In this document: one piece after another, positions 58,921 through 64,000 of the stretch
How the letters are laid out: each line of letters opens with the position of its first letter
How positions within the stretch are numbered: position 1 is the stretch's first letter
Assembly: GCA_023132915.1 (NCBI GenBank)
Contig: JAGLXM010000075.1
Location: 1,165-65,164 of the forward strand
Direction of reading: 5' to 3'
Length of the DNA stretch: 64,000 nucleotides
DNA from: Candidatus Bipolaricaulota bacterium
GTDB taxonomy: Bacteria > Bipolaricaulota > Bipolaricaulia > UBA7950 > UBA9294
The notes under the pieces: model-generated
Seen by the model: the letters and a program-made list of their open reading frames with translations, nothing else
Databases searched by the model: none
What the model was told of the DNA's origin: nothing
Program-made: the position numbers and the translations under genes

Positions 58921-59037
58921 TGTGTCGGCACAATCGTCTTACCCTTCTACAACAGTCTGATCAAGAAGGAGAGCGAATATGTTGTGGAGAGTCTGGCCGG
59001 CATAGTAAAATCAATCGGCCAAAGGAGGTGGAGATGA
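58921..59037 (+). pseudogene. 3' remnant (about 35 codons) of an ancestral DegT-type aminotransferase
   Basis: ..TIVLPFYNSLIKKESEYVVESLAGIVKSIG.. parallels ..TIALPFYNKLTKDEVSYVVDNLADILK of 56827..58041. Its TGA (59035-59037) overlaps the hicB ATG 59034 (ATGA). Confidence 0.6.
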
Positions 59038-59267
59038 CAAGAAGGTTCAAGATCATTGTCCAAAGGAGCGAGGAGGGCTACGTAGCTTATCCTCTGGGGT
59101 TAAAGGGCGTTGTGGTGGGCGATGGAGATACATTCGAAGAAGCCCTGGAAAACGTCAAGTCGGCAATTAGCTTTCATATTGCGACGTTCAGAGACGAAGT
59201 GTTAGAAGAACTCGCCGAGCCTGAGAACATCTACGTTACGGAGACAGAAGTCGTTTTAGATGTCTAA
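59034..59267 (+). CDS. hicB: HicB-family antitoxin (UPF0150-like)
   Basis: 77 aa. ..FKIIVQRSEEGYVAYPLGLKGVVVGDGDTFEEALENVKSAISFHI.. . RBS aaaggaggtg. Confidence 0.7.
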   Translation: MTRRFKIIVQRSEEGYVAYPLGLKGVVVGDGDTFEEALENVKSAISFHIATFRDEVLEELAEPENIYVTETEVVLDV

Positions 59268-59499
59268 GTTTTCCCGAGATGCGCCTAAGAGGAAGGTCCT
59301 TAAAGCTTTCAAGGAGCTGAGGTTTGAGATCGTTAGAGAGGCTGACCACATTGCCCTCAGGCGACATAACCCTGATGGGTCCACGACGCCGATGACCATC
59401 CCCAACCATCGAACCTATAAAAGCAGCACCCTGCGGGAGATCTTGACTCAAGGCAGAATTCCCAGGGATGACTTTCTAACGGCTTACTACAAATCATGA
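59260..59499 (+). CDS. hicA: HicA-family toxin (YcfA-like)
   Basis: 79 aa. ..KRKVLKAFKELRFEIVREADHIALRRHN..MTIPNHRTYKSSTLREILTQGRIPRDDF. Overlaps hicB by 8 nt and the capD-like start by ATGA. Confidence 0.7.
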   Translation: MSKFSRDAPKRKVLKAFKELRFEIVREADHIALRRHNPDGSTTPMTIPNHRTYKSSTLREILTQGRIPRDDFLTAYYKS

Positions 59500-61352
59500 A
59501 TATCGCAAAACGATTGTTCCAAGAGACGCGCCGAACGCGGGCTATGTTTTTCCTGCTTGCGGATATTGCTCTCGTTGCTCTCTCCATGACGGTGGCCTTC
59601 CTCTTAAGGTTTGAGGGACGAATCCCTTCACAATACATGGAGGACCTTTGGATTCTAATCTTGATCGCCATGGCAGTGAAGATCCCCGTCTTTTACCTCC
59701 AGAGGCTCTATCATATCAGTTGGTCTTACGTAAGTGTTCGGGAACTAATGTCGGTCTTTAAGGGGGGCTTCTACAGCTCCCTTCTTCTGGGGACGGCCCT
59801 CTTCATCCTGAAGGCCACCCCTAAGTTTATCGGCTTTCCTAGATCTATCCTGTTCATCGATTTCTTTCTGACGGTTACCTTAATTGGGGGCTTCCGCGCG
59901 GCCAAGCGGGTCTATCTGCAGTTTGTCAAAAGGTTCCCCATGGAGGGGCGAAGGACCCTGATCGTCGGTGCCGGGGATGCGGGGGAGCAGCTCCTGCGGA
60001 GTATGCTCAAGTCCGGCCATAGCGATTACCTTCCCGTGGGATTCGTCGATGACGATCCGGCCAAGCTTTCGACCTCAATCCAAGGGATCAAGGTATTGGG
60101 TACAAGAAAGCAGATTCCCCAACTTGTAGAAGCTTATGACATTGAAGAGCTGTTGATTGCTATACCGTCTGCCTCCTCCAAGGTCATCAAGGAGACGGTT
60201 GAGATAGGCAGGAAGGCCAAGGTAAAGTCGATGAAGATCCTCCCTGATATAAGCAAGATCCTTTCTGGTAGCGTGGGCTTAGCCAATGTGCGAGAGGTTA
60301 GGTTAGAGGATCTTTTGGGGAGGGAGCCGGTCAAGATCGATACCCAGGAGATCAAGAGCTATTTGAAAGATAAAACCGTTCTGGTCACCGGAGCGGCCGG
60401 TTCCATCGGCTCGGAGCTCTGCCGTCAGATCGCCAAGTTCCAGCCTCGAAAGCTCCTTATGTTGGATCATGAGGAGACGGGGCTCTTTAAGATCGAGCGG
60501 GAGCTTAAAGAAAAATTTCCCGGGATGGAGCGTATTGCGATATTAGGGGATATAAGGGATGAGGGGAAGATGGAGAGAGTCTTCACCCAATACAAGCCAG
60601 AAGTGGTCTTTCATGCTGCTGCTTACAAGCATGTGCGGATGATGAAGGAGCACCCCGATGAGGCGGTGAAGAATAACATCTTTGGCACAAAAGTCCTGGG
60701 GGAGACCGCGATCACGGCCGGGGCAGAGAAGTTCATCTTGATCTCCACGGATAAGGCGGTCAACCCGGTTGGAGTGATGGGGATGTCCAAGCGGGCCGCG
60801 GAGATGGTCATCCAAGACCTCAACCAGAGAGGGGTGACCAGGTTCTCGGCGGTGAGATTCGGGAACGTCCTGGGCAGCCGCGGGAGCGTGATCCCGATCT
60901 TTAGGGAGCAGATCAAGAAACGTGGTCCGGTGACGGTGACCGATTCCCGGATGCGCCGTTACTTCATGATGACCTCTGAGGCTGTCCTTCTGGTCTTACA
61001 GGCGGGAGCCATAAGCGAAGGGGGGGAGATCTTCGTTTTGGATATGGGGGAGCCGGTGAACATCCTGGACCTCGCCCGGGAGATGATCAGGTTGTCAGGA
61101 TATGAGCCGGATACGGATATCCCCATCACCATTACCGGCCCCGGTGAGGACGAGAAGCTCTTTGAGGATATCCTGACGGCGGAGGAGGGTACCGAGGCCA
61201 CTAAGTATGAGCAGATCTTCATTGCCAGGATGAACGCTGGGCTCTCTTCAGCGGAACTGTCGAGGCACTTAGAAACCCTTGAGAAGCTGGTCGAACAAGA
61301 GAAAGACGCGGGTGAGATCAAAGAGGCGCTTAGGGGGATAGTGGGGGGCTAG
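59496..61352 (+). CDS. Membrane-anchored polysaccharide biosynthesis protein CapD/WbpM/PglF-like (UDP-HexNAc 4,6-dehydratase)
   Basis: 618 aa. Four N-terminal TM helices, then ..VLVTGAAGSIGSEL.., ..AAAYKHV.., ..STDKAVNP.., ..VRFGNVLGSRGSVIP.. . Confidence 0.9.
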   Translation: MNIAKRLFQETRRTRAMFFLLADIALVALSMTVAFLLRFEGRIPSQYMEDLWILILIAMAVKIPVFYLQRLYHISWSYVSVRELMSVFKGGFYSSLLLGTALFILKATPKFIGFPRSILFIDFFLTVTLIGGFRAAKRVYLQFVKRFPMEGRRTLIVGAGDAGEQLLRSMLKSGHSDYLPVGFVDDDPAKLSTSIQGIKVLGTRKQIPQLVEAYDIEELLIAIPSASSKVIKETVEIGRKAKVKSMKILPDISKILSGSVGLANVREVRLEDLLGREPVKIDTQEIKSYLKDKTVLVTGAAGSIGSELCRQIAKFQPRKLLMLDHEETGLFKIERELKEKFPGMERIAILGDIRDEGKMERVFTQYKPEVVFHAAAYKHVRMMKEHPDEAVKNNIFGTKVLGETAITAGAEKFILISTDKAVNPVGVMGMSKRAAEMVIQDLNQRGVTRFSAVRFGNVLGSRGSVIPIFREQIKKRGPVTVTDSRMRRYFMMTSEAVLLVLQAGAISEGGEIFVLDMGEPVNILDLAREMIRLSGYEPDTDIPITITGPGEDEKLFEDILTAEEGTEATKYEQIFIARMNAGLSSAELSRHLETLEKLVEQEKDAGEIKEALRGIVGG

Positions 61353-61377
61353 CAATTGCGGTTTACTTGATGTAGGG

Positions 61378-61497
61378 GTTCATTGAGTTCGTAGGGTTCA
61401 TTGGGTTCGTTGAGTTCATTGAGTTCGTAGGGTTTATGGGGTTCGTTGAGTTCATTGAGTTCGTAGAGTTGGTGGAGTTCATTGGGTTCGTAGGGTT
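61378..61497. repeat. Tandem array of about 13 degenerate 9-mers (GTTCRTWGR)
   Basis: GTTCATTGA GTTCGTAGG GTTCATTGG GTTCGTTGA GTTCATTGA GTTCGTAGG GTTTATGGG GTTCGTTGA GTTCATTGA GTTCGTAGA GTTGGTGGA GTTCATTGG GTTCGTAGG. Followed by a GAGTCGG-type heptamer module at 61507-61545. Confidence 0.9.
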
Positions 61498-61670
61498 AAA
61501 AACACTGTCAGGAGTCGGGAGTCCAGAGTCGAGTGCCGAGATTCAATGTTCACTAGATTTTCAAGCTAGATAGAAGGATTTGAACTAGGGAAACTGGACG
61601 TGGTAAGATAAGTTTCCAGGGATGGTAGAGATTAGGATAGAATATCGTGAATCGGCGGAGGTGGGAAAGT

Positions 61671-61889
61671 ATGTCTGATCAGGTAGATCTTGGAACACTC
61701 CTTAAGCGGGTTGATTCCTTGGAAGGGGAGATAGGGCGGCTTAAGCGCGACTTGCTCCGCAGTTTAGTAGTCCAGCCACGGGGAAAGAAGGTGAAATCCT
61801 TGTTTGGTAGTGTACAGGGCGGTGATGTGACTGAAGAGATGATTGAGGAAGCGAAGCGGACCCTGTTTCGGCCCCTGGAAGACTTGTAG
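61671..61889 (+). CDS. Small coiled-coil protein, putative VapB-type antitoxin
   Basis: 72 aa from ATG 61671 (RBS ggaggtggg). Ends 5 nt before the PIN gene. Confidence 0.5.
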   Translation: MSDQVDLGTLLKRVDSLEGEIGRLKRDLLRSLVVQPRGKKVKSLFGSVQGGDVTEEMIEEAKRTLFRPLEDL

Positions 61890-61894
61890 ATCGT

Positions 61895-62293
61895 ATGGAA
61901 GAGCCGACGCTTTATGTTCTCGATACCCATGTGCTCATCTGGTACTTCATCGGGAGTAACCGTCTGCGGCAGAAGCTCAAAGAACGCATCGATAAAGCTC
62001 GCCGACGAGGCGGTCGCCTGTTGGTTCCGACCATCGTGTTATCCGAAGCGCTGGATGTCGCTGAAAAGGGTCGAGTAGAACTGGATTTTGCTGGGATGTA
62101 TAGGTTGATTCGGGAGGAACCGGAGTTTGAGATTGTCGGCTTTGGGCCTGACGTTTTTGAGGAAACGATGCGAATCAGGGAGATTCAAGAGATTCACGAG
62201 CGGATCATCGTGGCTACAGCCAGGTTTTATGAAGCAGGGATGCTAACAAAAGATCGAATCATCCGTGACTCAGGAGAGGTTGAAACTCTATGA
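61895..62293 (+). CDS. vapC: PIN-domain ribonuclease toxin (VapC-like)
   Basis: 132 aa. ..LYVLDTHVLIWYF.., ..PTIVLSEAL.., ..IHERIIVATA.. acidic PIN residues. Confidence 0.8.
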   Translation: MEEPTLYVLDTHVLIWYFIGSNRLRQKLKERIDKARRRGGRLLVPTIVLSEALDVAEKGRVELDFAGMYRLIREEPEFEIVGFGPDVFEETMRIREIQEIHERIIVATARFYEAGMLTKDRIIRDSGEVETL

Positions 62294-62583
62294 TCATGTA
62301 CTGTTTTAACTCTATAAGCTCTGCATAGCAGCGCTGAATCGGCGGGCTCTTGAGTCTTCCCATGTCTGTGGGGTCATGCCTTGGCACTGACCGTTGATCG
62401 CTGAATGCTGATGGCGAAAGCCAAAAGCTTATTGCTTGAAAAGGAAAGGCCATGATCGTTGCCCCGTTTTTTGTGTCCTTGCTTGTGAGCTTCTTTTGCG
62501 TTCCGATTCTGATCACCCGGTTAAAACGAGCGGGGATCTCCGGAAGCGACATCCATAAGTCTAGCTAGCCGCGTGTCTCCGAG

Positions 62584-63501
62584 ATGGGCGGGCTGGCGAT
62601 CGTAGTGGGGTTCGGTTCCGGGATTTTGCTTGCGGTCGCGTTGGTAAGCTTCTTTCATGTTTTCCCTTCGGTAAACCTAGTCGTCTTGCTGGCGGTGCTC
62701 TCTACCGTCCTGTTGGCTGGGCTGATCGGGATAGTGGATGACTTGCTTGGGGGGTGTAGTAAGTCGAATCCAGTTACTACACCCGCCTCGGAGAGTGTAG
62801 TAAGTTCCAAACCGACTACTACACCCCCCGAGGGCATGCGGCAGTGGATGAAGGCACTGTTGCCGGTGTTCGCGGCGTTACCGTTGATGGCGGTGCGGGC
62901 GGGGCATACGTTCATGAAGATTCCGTTTGTAGGGACGCTCAACTTCTGGATCTTTTACCCCTTGGTGTTGGTTCCCGTGGGGGTGACTGTCGTAGTAAAC
63001 GCGGTGAACATGCTCGCTGGGTTCAACGGCGTGGAGGTGGGACTGGGAATCGTCGCAATAGGAAGCCTATCGATCATCGCCGCCATCCTGCATGAGACCA
63101 CCGCGCTGATCCTTCTTCTCTCCGGCCTGGGCGCGCTTCTTGGCATTATCTACTTCAATTGGTATCCGGCGAGGATCCTGGTGGGAGACGTGGGAACGCT
63201 TTCGATTGGGGCCATCATCGCCACCGCGGTGATCGTGGGTAACTTCGAGACAGCGGGTGTGATCGTGATCATCCCATATGCGATCGATTTTCTGTTCAAA
63301 GCAGTGCACCGCTTCCCTACGAGTTTCGGCGAGCTCCGTGAGGATGGGAAACTGCATTGTCCTGCGGAAGGGCCTGTGGGGTTGGGGCAGTTCATCATGA
63401 AGGTAACGCGTGGAATTCACGAGCGGACGCTAGTCGTTACGTTGATGGGGATTGAGGCGATTTTCGGGCTAGTAGCTATTGCGTTGTATGTGTGGAGGTG
63501 A
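62584..63501 (+). CDS. Glycosyltransferase family 4 polyprenyl-phosphate HexNAc-1-P transferase (MraY/WecA/WbpL family). The first TM segment is separated by an in-frame TAG, and it carries a 90-nt in-frame palindromic insert.
   Basis: ..GIVDDLLG.., ..NAVNMLAGFNGVE.., ..LVGDVGTLSIGA.. . The in-frame upstream segment 62452-62565 (MIVAPFFVSLLVSFFCVPILITRLKRAGISGSDIHKSS) ends at TAG 62566-62568. Confidence 0.8.
   Translation: MGGLAIVVGFGSGILLAVALVSFFHVFPSVNLVVLLAVLSTVLLAGLIGIVDDLLGGCSKSNPVTTPASESVVSSKPTTTPPEGMRQWMKALLPVFAALPLMAVRAGHTFMKIPFVGTLNFWIFYPLVLVPVGVTVVVNAVNMLAGFNGVEVGLGIVAIGSLSIIAAILHETTALILLLSGLGALLGIIYFNWYPARILVGDVGTLSIGAIIATAVIVGNFETAGVIVIIPYAIDFLFKAVHRFPTSFGELREDGKLHCPAEGPVGLGQFIMKVTRGIHERTLVVTLMGIEAIFGLVAIALYVWR
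62746..62835. repeat. 90-nt double palindromic element inserted in frame in the GT4 transferase CDS
   Basis: Hairpin 1: gggtgtagtaa (62752-62762) with ttactacaccc (62774-62784), a perfect 11-bp stem. Hairpin 2: gtgtagtaagt (62795-62805) with actactacac (62815-62824). Encodes GGCSKSNPVTTPASESVVSSKPTTTPPEG. Confidence 0.85.
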
Positions 63502-63760
63502 GGAATAGCTGTCAGCAGTCAGCGATCAGCAGTCAGCATCTAGCTAAAGGCTGATGGCTGAAAGCTGGTACACGGTGATGAGTGAGGAGGGGCTGGGTTC
63601 ATAGGGTTGATAGAGCCCATTGTGTTCGTTGAGTTAGAAAATAGTCAATCCTGTGGGGAATGGCCTGGAAGCAGTGATGGGTAATGGGTGATGAGGCTCA
63701 GGGGAGGGATTGAAGGATTACGGATCAAGGTCAGTCTCTAGCCTGTAGATTCTGGACTGA
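63501..63760. repeat. Composite low-complexity region (heptamer-periodic modules) downstream of the locus
   Basis: gtcagca gtcagcga tcagca gtcagca; aaaggctgatggctgaaagctgg; gggttcatagggttgatagagcccattgtgttcgttgagtt; gtgatgggtaatgggtgatgagg. Same word families as 240-660, in the opposite orientation. Confidence 0.65.
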
Positions 63761-63955
63761 GGACTCCTTAGCAATCTTGGCGGCTTGAGTCAGTACTAAC
63801 GAGCGGGCGGGAGAACAGTATTCTATCATTTCCGGTAAGGGGTTCGCTACTGATACTAAACACCAAAAGAGCGCAGATCTTCACGCCACAGGTGGCCACT
63901 GAGTTTTGACATGAACTACGCATTCTGCTAATGTGAGTAGATTCTTAGGAGGAAG

Positions 63956-64000
63956 ATGCCTATGAAGTCTGGAGTGATCGAAGAAATCGAGCGTTACGTG
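63956..64000 (+). CDS. Start of an unidentified CDS running off the window
   Basis: ATG 63956 preceded by aggagg. MPMKSGVIEEIERYV.. . Too short to classify. Confidence 0.3.
   Translation, partial: MPMKSGVIEEIERYV

Noticed and set aside
61378-61497. Possible CRISPR array or tandem-repeat protein gene.
   Set aside because: The units are 9 nt long and contiguous, with no spacers, so this is not CRISPR. No start codon or RBS exists in either orientation, and stop codons occur in the plus frames. It is treated as a non-coding satellite-like array.

Overview
Nearly the whole window (782-63501) is one plus-strand, roughly 62 kb surface-polysaccharide locus (O-antigen, capsule or glycan). All calls come from reading ORF translations and motifs by eye; no database search was run.

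Modules in order:
- Wzm/Wzt ABC exporter, followed by an FkbM-type methyltransferase.
- Nucleotide-heptose block: fused GmhA-GmhB, transaldolase, a domain-swapped HldE-like enzyme, SDR enzymes, Gfo/Idh/MocA oxidoreductase and a sugar dehydrogenase.
- Visibly lower-GC block (about 14.6-20.0 kb): second FkbM, SDR, SAM methyltransferase, WecD-like and WecE-like genes.
- Pseudaminic-acid block (PseB, C, F-like, G, H, I) with an embedded FabG-like reductase and thiolase.
- Visibly high-GC IS3 remnant abutting an IS1634-family element. These carry the only convincing minus-strand genes.
- Wzy-like polymerase and GT4 transferases.
- rmd-like, gmd and fcl.
- Decaying region with three copies of a PglC-like phosphoglycosyltransferase (one frameshifted, one 5' stub, one intact), tandem CapK-like ligases and a NeuD/PglD-like acyltransferase.
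- PHP, ATP-grasp, SDR, DegT and CapD (PglF-like) genes.
- A WecA/MraY-family transferase.

Small selfish-looking cassettes sit between the biosynthetic genes: MNT/HEPN, two PIN modules, DUF4258/DUF2283, HicAB, and two four-helix-bundle genes of the 23S-rRNA-IVS protein family.

The most unusual signals are structural:
1. A family of low-complexity, 7-9 nt periodic, often palindromic repeat modules. They bracket the four-helix-bundle cassettes with inverted arms, occupy most large junctions, and occur at both ends of the locus in inverted orientation.
2. In several places these repeats lie in frame inside coding sequences.
3. A recurring layout of gene-end remnant, then inserted cassette, then intact gene copy (wzt, PGT, DegT, sugar dehydrogenase).
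4. Candidate slipped-strand switches: G10, G9 and a CAATCCG x5 array, all inside CDSs.
5. Many accessory genes inactivated only by in-frame stop codons.

No rRNA, tRNA or CRISPR array was recognised.
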